DNA from: Candidatus Poribacteria bacterium
GTDB lineage: Bacteria; Poribacteria; WGA-4E; UBA9662
Direction: 5' to 3'
Length of the DNA: 64,000 nucleotides
NCBI GenBank assembly: GCA_036339735.1
Contig: JAYZAL010000038.1
Coordinates: 11,023 to 75,022 of the forward strand
Made by a program: the position numbers and the translations under genes. How positions within the stretch are numbered: position 1 is the stretch's first letter; each line of letters opens with the position of its first letter. Positions 40,913 to 50,925 of the stretch are shown here, one piece after another. Below the pieces are notes generated by a model. The model had not been told where the DNA came from and made no database searches. It worked only from the letters and a program-made list of their open reading frames with translations.

Positions 40913-42576
40913 ATGCTGTCTGACCTTATATCCTACTTGTACTAACAACAACTATTTGCTAGACACCCTTGGCGCTTAACCGACCAAAATTTCCTTTTTC
41001 ACGGGCTTTCTATCTTAAAATTGAGATTCTCTAACATTTTGCCAGGCTTTTAACTTTCCATACTAATTGTGTAAGATTAATCTATGATATGAAATCCATT
41101 TCTCACTGATCCTCTAGAGACTTTGATGAGGTTTTTATAATTTTATTATCTTCCCTGATTCTTACTGACCTATCTATATAGAACAGATTCTCTTATTTCG
41201 CTCTTCAATTAGTGTTTCTCAAGAGCAGAAAGGCTAAACTCGTACGTAGCCGAAGACTCAGCTATTTAGCGACCCAAAAATCAAGATCAATAGACTCCTT
41301 TGTCTTATCAGTAGTCATTTTTTAAACTTGGTAACCTTGAACTCTTGTTGGTAGGATTATTTCTACATCGTATTTTCCCGAGCTAATTCTATTTTATTAC
41401 GATAACTCCGTATGAGTCTTTGATAAAATCCGTCTATTTTTGACCATTCTGTCGCATTCATACTTTGATATTGATGTTTTTTCTTTTCTGCAACTACGTT
41501 TCTGATGAGTTCTTTATAGTGTGTGACATCATGCTGCTTGCTAGTATTTATCATAGTAAATCTCCTTAAATTTCTAGTTTTGTTTTCTTGAGTCTGTAGA
41601 CAATTTGAGTCAGGTTATAAAACTTTTAGCCCATAAGCTTGTTACCGCTTGATTTTTCAAAAAACACCACTCCCGAGGATTAATGTTAGGAATACTATTT
41701 GTGTTTTATACTGGTCGAGTGATTTGTTCGCTAGCCCGACGGTACGTAGCAAATAATTTCAAATTGCATAGTATTCACCCCTTAGGTCCACTGGTCTCCT
41801 CTCATATAATTCAGTCAGCAAAGAAAATAATCTAATTATCTGAATCCTTCAATTTATTAATAGAAGAGACGAAGGTGAAAAAAGTGAAATAAAAACTGGT
41901 TTTATTATTTGCATTTTCACCAATGGAAAAAGGCATAGAAAATTCAAACTTATTCCACCACACCAATTTCATTTTTTGAAACCAATATATCTTCTAATTG
42001 ATTTGTTTACAGTGTTTCATGCTCTGTCGTCTCTAAACGAGAACCGTAGAGATTTGGCCTTAGAACCTCTACATTACGTGTTCAGAGTAAAAATCCAATC
42101 GAAGAGAAAATGCATCACTGACCTATTATGAATCTAAACTTAGAGCTCAAACAGTGATAGTGGTAAGTAGGAAAATAGAAGCTGGTTATTTTTCTGTTTT
42201 TATTGTGATAGGCAAGACTCCTATAATTTACGATTATTTCCTTATCGGTGATTGTTGGTATAATGTTTAGTAATAAACACTGTCTTGAATGATGCCGAAG
42301 ATTTTATCGAGAATTTCAACATACTCATTTCACTAGAGATCATAGAAGTTTAGTAAGAACAGATGAGATTAATAATATTTTTACGTGCCTTGATATTTAC
42401 AAACAGTTAAATTATTGACCTGACGGATATAAGAAATTTTTTCAATCCAACCTAGACATACTGTTTAGCTTTCTATTGAACAGAGGAGTAGCAACTACAG
42501 AATTAATTTTCAAAACATCTTTTGGTGATCATTACAGAAGTGGGACTAGAAATAGAAGAATAAAATTTGGAGAATT

Positions 42577-43071
42577 ATGAGAAAAATATTGCTAGTAATA
42601 GTTTTTTCCCTATCCTATTTGCCGGTACATATCGTTTCTGCTCAAAATAATGAAAAAACAAGTCAGAGACAAATCAATACGAAGCACTCAATAGTACGTC
42701 GTATTTTTACTAATGGTAGGGTTGGTATGGGAGTAGGGTTGCCATATGGGTCACCGTTTTTAGGTTTGGGGATGCAATTTGATATTAGTAATCGTTTGGC
42801 TTTGCTTGTTGGCAGTACCAAGCTCGCAGGTTGGATGGGAGCGGTAGGAATTCGGTACTATCCAGGGACAACTAAACAACGTCTACGGCCACACCTGTCG
42901 GCACATGCATGGCCGTATGGGGGGGCAGTCTATGTCGGTTCCGATTATGACGCTGGTCAGAAAGGGGGGGTTGTTGCTACTTGTGGTTTAGGAGGATTCG
43001 GAAATATAAAAACAAGTGATGGATTGATAGACGGATTGAGCTTATTACTTGGCTTTGGTTATGGTTTTTAA
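42577..43071 (+). CDS. Gly-rich secreted small protein (possible outer-membrane beta-barrel-like)
   Basis: Signal peptide 'VHIVSAQ'. Gly/aromatic-rich. Ends 'GFGYGF'. Confidence 0.3.
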   Translation: MRKILLVIVFSLSYLPVHIVSAQNNEKTSQRQINTKHSIVRRIFTNGRVGMGVGLPYGSPFLGLGMQFDISNRLALLVGSTKLAGWMGAVGIRYYPGTTKQRLRPHLSAHAWPYGGAVYVGSDYDAGQKGGVVATCGLGGFGNIKTSDGLIDGLSLLLGFGYGF

Positions 43072-43146
43072 AATCCTATTTCTTTGTGGTAGCGGATAGA
43101 ATTAACTGTCAAAGAGTTTTTCAGTTGATGTGTGAAGTTCAAAAAA

Positions 43147-43965
43147 TCATAAACAAAAAGGTAACAAGCTCTCGTACATTTCCTTGGCGGCATCTTCAGT
43201 GGGGAGATTCCACAATCTTTGGCTAAACATTTCAATCGAGAAGTCCCCACAATAGCCATGTAATTCCAATCGATTTAAGATAGAGCTTAAGTCCAAGCAT
43301 CCTTGGCCAGGAAGGACTCGATCTCGATTATGGTCACAAAATTCAGCGGGTATGTCTTTCATATCATTGATGTGTACATGCTTAATCAGAGAAACATTTT
43401 CAATGCTAAGCTGATCAAACTTGGTGGGTGTACAGTAATAGTGTGCCGTATCAAACAATACGCCTACATTTAACATACCGGATCCACGAGCAATTTCAGC
43501 TGCCGTACGTAATGACTTAACAAACGGTGACCAATTAAACTCTATACAGATGGTAACACCAGTATCTTCAATTTTATGCGCCACTTCAGCCACGATTTCT
43601 GACATTTGCTTTAGCGGGTCGCTTATTTTCTTACTCGGACCATCAGTCCCAACCACCAGAATAGAACCACCCAACTCGGCAACCATATTCGCATTTTGTA
43701 TAATTTGTTGATTATGAAATATCCGTTGTCTGGATTCATCAAAACAAGAAATGGTACTTTCAAAACCGCCAATGCAGGTTAAGCCTGACTGACGTAGCAT
43801 TTTTTTTATTTGTTCTAAGCTGAAGCCTAATGCCATTTTATTTTTTATTTGTGACAGAGAAAACTCCACCTTTTCAAATCCCGCTCTTCGGTAATCGTGC
43901 AAACGTATTTCTAAATCAACATCTTGGGTCGAAATAGAGTTAATTGCCAACTGAGAACGCCTCAT
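43147..43965 (-). CDS. Sugar phosphate isomerase/epimerase (xylose-isomerase-like TIM barrel)
   Basis: 'LAINSIS...AGFEKVEFSL' N-terminus. 'HVHINDM' metal-binding His and 'FDTAHY' motif. Confidence 0.6.
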   Translation of the reverse strand: MRRSQLAINSISTQDVDLEIRLHDYRRAGFEKVEFSLSQIKNKMALGFSLEQIKKMLRQSGLTCIGGFESTISCFDESRQRIFHNQQIIQNANMVAELGGSILVVGTDGPSKKISDPLKQMSEIVAEVAHKIEDTGVTICIEFNWSPFVKSLRTAAEIARGSGMLNVGVLFDTAHYYCTPTKFDQLSIENVSLIKHVHINDMKDIPAEFCDHNRDRVLPGQGCLDLSSILNRLELHGYCGDFSIEMFSQRLWNLPTEDAAKEMYESLLPFCL

Positions 43966-44244
43966 TGAACACCCCTTGAGTACCAGTCTTCTGTTTTCCG
44001 TACTTAAGACTGTAACTACTACACAATTGAATTTTATTATAATAAGTTTAGGCCTAATTCAACTCAGTATTGGATGGAATTAGTCTTTAACAGGTGTGGA
44101 TTAATTGGAAAAACTAACCTTGGTTGTTATGGTTTTCCGTGTTAGTCAATAAAAATAAACATAATTTTTACTATAATCCAAAACTAAACAAGGATTGATA
44201 ATAGTTCATCCCACCAGAAACTGGAAATTCAACGACTAAAAATT

Positions 44245-45066
44245 TTATATTTGAGGAGTTCTCGGTATTGGCGTTTGTGGCGATACTATCCTTCGACGTT
44301 CAGGTGTTAACCTATCCAGCAACTCGGGTGAAGGATGATAACCATGTCGAAAATTACCCCAAGATGGGCCATATCGGTAAACAATAACGCGGCGTTGCCC
44401 TTCGTTAGTTCTATTGGCTGAACCATGAGTACAGCAATCAACAAAGAGTAATGCATCCCCGGCTTGCATGTGTATTTCAGTAGCAGCTCTCATCATAGAC
44501 GGACACTCACCTTTTGCTCCCATGCTGAATTGACTAAAATCAGGATTGGCAAAATTACTTTTATGACTACCAGGTACAATGACTGTTCCTCCATCGCCTG
44601 GGCCAATATCTGTTAAAGCGATCAAGATATTTATTTGATTGCAATGAAATTTACCATTGATATAACGAAATTGGCACCGACTGATTCCAAGTTGTCCTCC
44701 GTTATGTAACCCGATACCTTGTCCTGGTTGTCGAAAATTGAGTAAATTTTCATCAATAAACATTGGCCCATGCATTTCGTCGAACGAGCCTTCTCCTCCA
44801 ATAAAAAACCTTGCTCGATCGAACCAAGATGGATGGTCGATCAATTTTTCGAATGGCTCCCCAGCTTCGTAAATCTGTTGATAGTTTAAACCGTCGTTGT
44901 CTCCATAGGTATGTCCATGGATATAACCATACCACTGGCCAGGATTCAATGACGGAATATTATCTGCACACGAATTGAGTTCATCTATTTCACTCTCAGT
45001 TAAAGCGCCTTCAATATGTATGTATCCTTGTAAGTCAAAGAGGTAAATATCCATATCAGTGATCAT
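44245..45066 (-). CDS. PhyH-family dioxygenase (paralog group A)
   Basis: 'DIYLFDLQGYIHIEGAL', 'VPGSHKSNF', 'CTHGS'. Confidence 0.65.
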   Translation of the reverse strand: MITDMDIYLFDLQGYIHIEGALTESEIDELNSCADNIPSLNPGQWYGYIHGHTYGDNDGLNYQQIYEAGEPFEKLIDHPSWFDRARFFIGGEGSFDEMHGPMFIDENLLNFRQPGQGIGLHNGGQLGISRCQFRYINGKFHCNQINILIALTDIGPGDGGTVIVPGSHKSNFANPDFSQFSMGAKGECPSMMRAATEIHMQAGDALLFVDCCTHGSANRTNEGQRRVIVYRYGPSWGNFRHGYHPSPELLDRLTPERRRIVSPQTPIPRTPQI

Positions 45067-45138
45067 ATATTCTCCACCTTCCTGATGTGTCTAATAATTA
45101 AATAAATTAGAATAGTTGACAGAATTAAGCTAAATAAT

Positions 45139-45960
45139 TTAAGCGACTAAATTTAAATTAATCTGGTCCAATTTAATATCTTTTCGCTGGCGATCAAGAA
45201 AAATGGATACCTGTTGGTAGCCGACCTGTGCCAGTATTTTCAGTCCTTTTTCAAACTGATCTCCGACTCTAGTCGGATCATGAGCATCAGCCCCGATTAC
45301 AACTGGGATCTGTCGCTTTTTCATCTCTTCGAGCATAAACAATCCAGGATTCATTTCCGGTATCGATTTATACAAGCCCGAGGTATTGAGTTCCATAGCA
45401 GTTTCAGTTTTAGCGATTCTGTCTAGGACGGAGAGAATATGATCTTTCAATGGTTCTAAATCCCAATCATTTGGCGCTACATTTTTAACTAAGTCAGGGT
45501 GAGATAAGGTGTCAAACAAACCAGTTTCGGCAGCTAATGCCAGATGATGAAAATATGTCTTCTGGAAATCTCTTATGTTACCTGTAAAATAACGATCTTG
45601 ATACTCCACTAGGTGAGGGTGGACCGAACCAAGCACATGATGTAACTCCGCTCGGTCGTGTAGATCTTCCAACCAAGACTCCATACCCGGAGCATAATCG
45701 CTTTCCAATCCTAGACGGATGTCAATTCGACCTTCCCACTCTCTTCGAGCTAAGTCCACCATATCAATATAGTCTTCAAATTGTTGGATAGTCATACGGA
45801 CATTTGGTCCCCAATTTTCAACAGGATTGTGACAAGTAACTATGATACCTTTCAATCCTCGTTTTTCTGCTACCGCTGCATATTCTTGTGGTAAACCACG
45901 TGCATGCTGACAGAGAGGTGTATGCATGTGAGATTCGTATAGAATGGGTTTTGTTTTCAA
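45139..45960 (-). CDS. PHP-domain phosphoesterase (HisJ-family histidinol-phosphatase-like)
   Basis: 'YESHMHTPLCQHARG...IIVTCHNP' is the PHP motif I/II pattern. Confidence 0.6.
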   Translation of the reverse strand: MKTKPILYESHMHTPLCQHARGLPQEYAAVAEKRGLKGIIVTCHNPVENWGPNVRMTIQQFEDYIDMVDLARREWEGRIDIRLGLESDYAPGMESWLEDLHDRAELHHVLGSVHPHLVEYQDRYFTGNIRDFQKTYFHHLALAAETGLFDTLSHPDLVKNVAPNDWDLEPLKDHILSVLDRIAKTETAMELNTSGLYKSIPEMNPGLFMLEEMKKRQIPVVIGADAHDPTRVGDQFEKGLKILAQVGYQQVSIFLDRQRKDIKLDQINLNLVA

Positions 45961-46214
45961 TATTTATTCTCTCTGATACTTCTAAATTTTACGCTTAGCT
46001 CTGACTGCTTCTGATATCTTAGTCATTTCAACCTCAATAGTCTGGACCAATTTGTTCTAAGAGTCAATAGGAACAACTACATAAATTGAATAATGTATAC
46101 TGACCTATCTGGATCTGCAAGAAAAAGTAAATTTCACCTCAAAACGAGTGAAAATCTAGTGAATAGGGTCAAATGCTGTAATTTTTGAGGTGAAAAGGCT
46201 ACGAACTATGCTAG

Positions 46215-46976
46215 TCATTGAAAAATTACTGGACTGTATTTCATATCTTCTAAATGTGAAATGTAATAATTATTAGTACTCCGAATTGGATCGGCTCGTT
46301 CATCACGAAGGTGAACAGCAAAACTCCATCTTGATTTATCCGAAATATTTTCTTGACTGCCGTGGTATGTCAAACAATTATGAAGACTGACACTACCCAT
46401 CGGTAAAGGAACAGAAGTTTCTTCCCACTTTTCTTCTACTACTGTTTGTATACTTGTCCGAAGTGTGTCCTGGTCAGAACTAAAAAAATCTCCCTCTCCT
46501 AAGAAACCCCATTTGTGAGAGCCAGGCACGAATTGAAGCGGTCCGGATTCTTCACTGACATCACTTAATGCAATCCAAGCAGTGAAGAGTCCTTCACTTT
46601 TCTGCCAAAATTGCCAGTATTGACGATCTTGATGCCAGCCAACACGACCTGAACTTCCTGATCTAGGTGGTTTAATGAGTAATTGGCTAGCCCACACTTG
46701 TACCATTTTAGATCCTGTTATATTGGCAATACTTTCGCCAAGTTTAGAATCAACGAGCATCGTATAAAGAGCGTGGTTGGCTAAGTGAGCATCGTTAATT
46801 TTGCACAACTTGGTATGATCGAAACCAGGGTGAGAGGAAGGTTGAGACCCAGTGTCGAAGATTCCATCTCTTACAGCCAACATACCTTTTCGTGCGTCCT
46901 CGATAAATTTCCGGCCGATGGCTGAACCCGGCAACACACAAAAACCCCGTTTAGCATATTGTTCAGTTAAAGTCAT
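46215..46976 (-). CDS. PhyH-family Fe(II)/2OG dioxygenase
   Basis: 'GWHQDRQYW', 'LQFVPGSHKWG', 'LTYHGS'. Confidence 0.7.
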   Translation of the reverse strand: MTLTEQYAKRGFCVLPGSAIGRKFIEDARKGMLAVRDGIFDTGSQPSSHPGFDHTKLCKINDAHLANHALYTMLVDSKLGESIANITGSKMVQVWASQLLIKPPRSGSSGRVGWHQDRQYWQFWQKSEGLFTAWIALSDVSEESGPLQFVPGSHKWGFLGEGDFFSSDQDTLRTSIQTVVEEKWEETSVPLPMGSVSLHNCLTYHGSQENISDKSRWSFAVHLRDERADPIRSTNNYYISHLEDMKYSPVIFQ

Positions 46977-47160
46977 AGTATCGAATTAGAAATCATGTAC
47001 CTTTCTAACTTGTGGTATATCAGTCTAAGCAATTTACTCCATTTTTCTGACCCTATACTATATCAAATTGAATAATTTTGCTAATTAGCTTAGAATGCTA
47101 GATGATAGGTAGTACTATTCCATCTCTGTAAAAATACGTGTTAGTAATGGTGAGCAATTC

Positions 47161-47787
47161 ATGATTAAGCCTTTCTTCATTGGTCTAGCTGGTGGGAGTG
47201 GGAGTGGTAAGAGTACATTAGCTAAGTCTTTGAATTCCCATTTGGGCACTAACCAAACCAGTATGTTTTGTCTAGACTGGTATTACCATGACATCTGTAA
47301 ACAACCAAAATTGGATGATGGATCAATTAACTTTGATCATCCCTCTGCACTAGACCAATATTTATTGATTAATCATCTACAGCAGTTGAAAAAAGGGCGA
47401 AATGTGAATGCACCTATCTACAATTTGGCAACTCATCGCCGGTCAAAATCAACCAGAAAAATCGTAAATAGGCCAACGATTTTCATCGAGGGGTTACATA
47501 CGCTCGTTTTGAGTGAAGTTCGCCAGATGCTCGACTTGAAGATTTTTATCGATTTATCAGATGATATTCGTTTTATACGTCGTTTATTACGAGATAAATC
47601 TGAACGAAAACGGAGCCTACAAACCGTGATCAATCAGTACCTTGCTACAACGCGACCAATGTACATAGAATGGGTCTTACCTAGTCGTCGATTCGCTGAT
47701 GTGGTCCTTTCAGCAGAAAATTCGGTCTCAGAAATGAAGCAAACGGTGCTGAGCCAAATACAAGCCACAAGCAAGACTAGAAACTAA
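47161..47787 (+). CDS. Uridine kinase / PRK-family nucleoside kinase
   Basis: P-loop 'GLAGGSGSGKSTLA' and 'DLKIFIDLSDDIRFIRRLLRD', as in uridine-cytidine kinase. Confidence 0.6.
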   Translation: MIKPFFIGLAGGSGSGKSTLAKSLNSHLGTNQTSMFCLDWYYHDICKQPKLDDGSINFDHPSALDQYLLINHLQQLKKGRNVNAPIYNLATHRRSKSTRKIVNRPTIFIEGLHTLVLSEVRQMLDLKIFIDLSDDIRFIRRLLRDKSERKRSLQTVINQYLATTRPMYIEWVLPSRRFADVVLSAENSVSEMKQTVLSQIQATSKTRN

Positions 47788-47837
47788 AATAAGAGTAGTT
47801 CATTAAGGTATTTGAATATTTATAACAGTCATTTTTT

Positions 47838-47861
47838 GAGTCAATCTATTACTATTGACTC
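47838..47861. terminator. Weak AT-rich hairpin (GAGTCAAT-8 nt-ATTGACTC) between convergent genes
   Basis: Read directly. Preceded by TTTTTT. Low stability. Confidence 0.2.
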
Positions 47862-48020
47862 GGTATTCATTATTGAAGAGTTTACATTGGCTGTTGTGTT
47901 ATGTGATGCAGCATTTCATTCAAATAATATCGATTCTCATTTCAACTTGTATCTGGCTAACTTACGATCTCTCTTTGGTATCTATAAGATACTGAAATTT
48001 AGCCCAATGGCCATATTGTT

Positions 48021-49046
48021 TTAGTTAATAACCTCAGTTATACCATTAACACGCACATCTGGTAGTAGGCATTTTACGTATCGACCATTGTCATTAAAAT
48101 CTATTGGGATTTTTGTTCGACAAAGATCGGTTTCCCGACTACATCGACCGACATACTTACAACCTCCACTTTGTATGCTATCAGTATCAATAGATTCGAG
48201 ACGGATCAGTTCATTCCACTTTTTATCAGGATCTGGAGTGGGAATAGATTGTTTCAGATTTTGTGTATATGGATGTTGGGGATCGCCTAATACTTGCTCA
48301 ACAGAACCAGATTCTATAATCCATCCGGATAGCATAACGGCAATTCGGTCTGCGGCATAGTAAGCTGTCGCTAAATCGTGCGTGATATACAAAATGGTAA
48401 CACCTTTTTTATCCCGAAGTTCTCTAAATAGATTAACAATCGACATTCGCAGTGAAGCGTCAACCATAGAAACAGGTTCATCGGCTACTAATAATGTAGG
48501 GTTAGTAATCAATGCTCTAGCAATCGATACCCGTTGAGCTTGGCCGCCTGATAACTCGTTTGGATATCTCCCGCTAATTTCTGCTAAGGAGAGACCAACA
48601 GAATTGAGGACTTCACTAACGTAGGAATGTAGTCGAATCTTGTCAACTATATGATAGTTCAGAGCTGTTTCAAATAGATAAGTTTCTATCTTTTTTAGGG
48701 GACTAAAAGTCGCGAAAGGGTTCTGAAAAATAGGCTGGACTTGCCTGAAATACCAAGACTTTTTCTCCCGTTGGCTTAACTTAGTAATGTCTCGTCCTTG
48801 ATAAAGAATTGTTCCGCTGGTAGGCTCTACTAATCCTAAAATCATACGAGCGATAGTAGTTTTCCCACTACCGCTCTCACCAGCTAGAACAAAAATTTCT
48901 GGTTTGTCGGATCGAATTGAAAAATTAGCCCCATCAACGGCTGTTAATTCAACGCTAGAAAGCCCTTGCTGGATTTTGAAAATCTTAGTTAATTTGTCAA
49001 CCGATAATAATATTGAAGACTTCGAGTGGCTATCGTTGAGAGTCAT
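48021..49046 (-). CDS. ABC transporter ATP-binding protein, OppF-like (oligopeptide/Dpp family with C-terminal oligo_HPY)
   Basis: Walker A 'GESGSGKTT', signature 'LSGGQAQRVSIARAL', Walker B 'LLVADEP'. C-terminal 'HPYT' motif. Confidence 0.8.
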   Translation of the reverse strand: MTLNDSHSKSSILLSVDKLTKIFKIQQGLSSVELTAVDGANFSIRSDKPEIFVLAGESGSGKTTIARMILGLVEPTSGTILYQGRDITKLSQREKKSWYFRQVQPIFQNPFATFSPLKKIETYLFETALNYHIVDKIRLHSYVSEVLNSVGLSLAEISGRYPNELSGGQAQRVSIARALITNPTLLVADEPVSMVDASLRMSIVNLFRELRDKKGVTILYITHDLATAYYAADRIAVMLSGWIIESGSVEQVLGDPQHPYTQNLKQSIPTPDPDKKWNELIRLESIDTDSIQSGGCKYVGRCSRETDLCRTKIPIDFNDNGRYVKCLLPDVRVNGITEVIN

Positions 49047-50034
49047 ATTGGATTTTGTCTTCCGCTAAGAAACAAGCTACCTCTTGCCCATTTCCCATCG
49101 CAATTAAAGGTGGGACCTCTTCCTTACATTTATCCTGAACGTGGGGGCAACGGGGATGGAATCGACAACCAGTAGGAGGTTGGTCAAGTGCCGGTGGCCT
49201 GCCAGGAATACTGATCCTCTCCGACCTATCACCGAGCCGAGGTAAGGATTCGATCAAGTATTGGGTATAAGGATGTTTGGGTTTTTTGAAAACAGATTTG
49301 GCATCGCCAATTTCAACGAGCTTTCCAGCATACAAAATGGCAATTCGGTCTGCTAAATTAGCATGTACCCCCATGTCGTGAGAAACCAACACTAGCGTGT
49401 TCCCCTCACGTTGTTGTATTTCTTTTAATAATTGGACCACACCACGTTGGACCAGAACATCTAATGCGGTGGTTGGTTCGTCGGCGAATACCAGTTTGGG
49501 TGAAAGTACGGTGGCCAAAGCAATGGTTACTCTTTGCCTCATTCCTCCTGATAATTGATGCGGGTAAACGTTCATGATGTCCGACGATAACCCCAACTGA
49601 TTTAGATAATCTTGGGCGAGCCTCTTAGTGGCGTTCTTATTGATTTTTTTGTGGGTAGATATGAAATCGTGAAATGTATCGACGATTTTTCGTACAGGGT
49701 TTAGAACTTGCATTGACCCTTGCGGGATATAAGATATTAGGGACCAGCGAATTTTTCTCAAATTGTCAGCAGACGTCGAAGACAGATCGAATTTTTGCTG
49801 TGAAAAATTGTATTGTATATTTCCTTCGATAATACGCAGTGGCGGCTCAACTGAACCCAGAAGGGTTTTTAGTAGAGTTGATTTTCCGCAGCCAGATTCG
49901 CCAGCAATGCTTAGAATTTCTCCCTCTTTTATCTGAAGACTAATACCATCAACAGCTTTAACTGTTCGTTGGACCCCGTATGATTGAGTAATATAGTGGG
50001 CCTGAAGATCCTTGGCTTCTATTAAAACTGACAT
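49030..50034 (-). CDS. ABC transporter ATP-binding protein, OppD-like
   Basis: 'GESGCGKST', 'LSGGMRQRVTIALA', 'LVFADEPTTALDV', C-terminal 'HPYTQ'. Overlaps the neighbouring gene, which suggests an operon. Confidence 0.8.
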   Translation of the reverse strand: MSVLIEAKDLQAHYITQSYGVQRTVKAVDGISLQIKEGEILSIAGESGCGKSTLLKTLLGSVEPPLRIIEGNIQYNFSQQKFDLSSTSADNLRKIRWSLISYIPQGSMQVLNPVRKIVDTFHDFISTHKKINKNATKRLAQDYLNQLGLSSDIMNVYPHQLSGGMRQRVTIALATVLSPKLVFADEPTTALDVLVQRGVVQLLKEIQQREGNTLVLVSHDMGVHANLADRIAILYAGKLVEIGDAKSVFKKPKHPYTQYLIESLPRLGDRSERISIPGRPPALDQPPTGCRFHPRCPHVQDKCKEEVPPLIAMGNGQEVACFLAEDKIQYDSQR

Positions 50035-50046
50035 TAATATCCCTTG

Positions 50047-50904
50047 TTAATTTACTCCTAGTCGCTTGAGTCGTGTCCGGGGATCTAGATATTCGCTTAG
50101 GCTCTCTGAAATTAAATAAAAGGCAACGACGATAAATATTGAACTGATGACTGGGGCCGCCAATACCCATAGTCTCTGAGATAATAGCGCTTGATAGTAG
50201 TTGCCCCAATAAATCATGGTTCCAATGGTAGGCCTAGTTAGGTCACACAAACCGAGGATCGCTAAGGTAATTTCCATTCCGATAGCCCACAGGAAACCAC
50301 TAACGGCATCAGCCAACAGATAGGGAATGAAAAAAGGAAAGTGTTCTTTCAATATAACAGAAAAAGTGTTCATACCTGAAAAGACAGCTGTGTGAGTAAA
50401 CTCCCGTTCACGCAAAGTCAATATTTGAGATCGATACCTCTTGGACGGCCAAAAAATATCCAGAAAGCCAAGAAGAATAGCTAAACCCCACACCCCTAGT
50501 CCTCCCTTTATGATTACAGAGATTAAAATTAGTAGCGGCAAACGAGGAATCACAATAAAACTGTCAACGATAGACTGTAATACCCTATCGATAACACCAC
50601 CCAAATAACCAGATAATGAGCCAATTAGAACCGCCATAGATCTGCCAATCAAGACGGCTAAGCCCGCAATAATAAGCGAATTGCGAATAGAAAAGGTTAG
50701 TAACCAGAAAACATCCTGACCCAAAGCAGTAGTTCCCAAGAGATGCTCGAGCGAAGGTGCAAGATTTTTTGGCGTCACACGACGCTCACTAGCTTCATAA
50801 GGTGAAACAAAAGACAGTAAAACTAGCAACAGGATGCCAATTAAAATTGTAATGCCAATACGGAATGCAAGATGAAATTTAAAAAGCTCAGTGATTATTT
50901 TCAT
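50047..50904 (-). CDS. ABC transporter permease, OppC/DppC-like
   Basis: Six transmembrane segments with a BPD_transp_1 EAA-like loop. Confidence 0.75.
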   Translation of the reverse strand: MKIITELFKFHLAFRIGITILIGILLLVLLSFVSPYEASERRVTPKNLAPSLEHLLGTTALGQDVFWLLTFSIRNSLIIAGLAVLIGRSMAVLIGSLSGYLGGVIDRVLQSIVDSFIVIPRLPLLILISVIIKGGLGVWGLAILLGFLDIFWPSKRYRSQILTLREREFTHTAVFSGMNTFSVILKEHFPFFIPYLLADAVSGFLWAIGMEITLAILGLCDLTRPTIGTMIYWGNYYQALLSQRLWVLAAPVISSIFIVVAFYLISESLSEYLDPRTRLKRLGVN

Positions 50905-50925
50905 TTGGTATATGAGGTTGAGTAA

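Noticed and set aside
41363-41554. 63-aa ORF inside the 1.7-kb gene desert, vaguely transposase or integrase-tail-like
   Set aside because: No recognisable motif and no flanking inverted repeats. Too short to call, so I mention it only as part of the desert.
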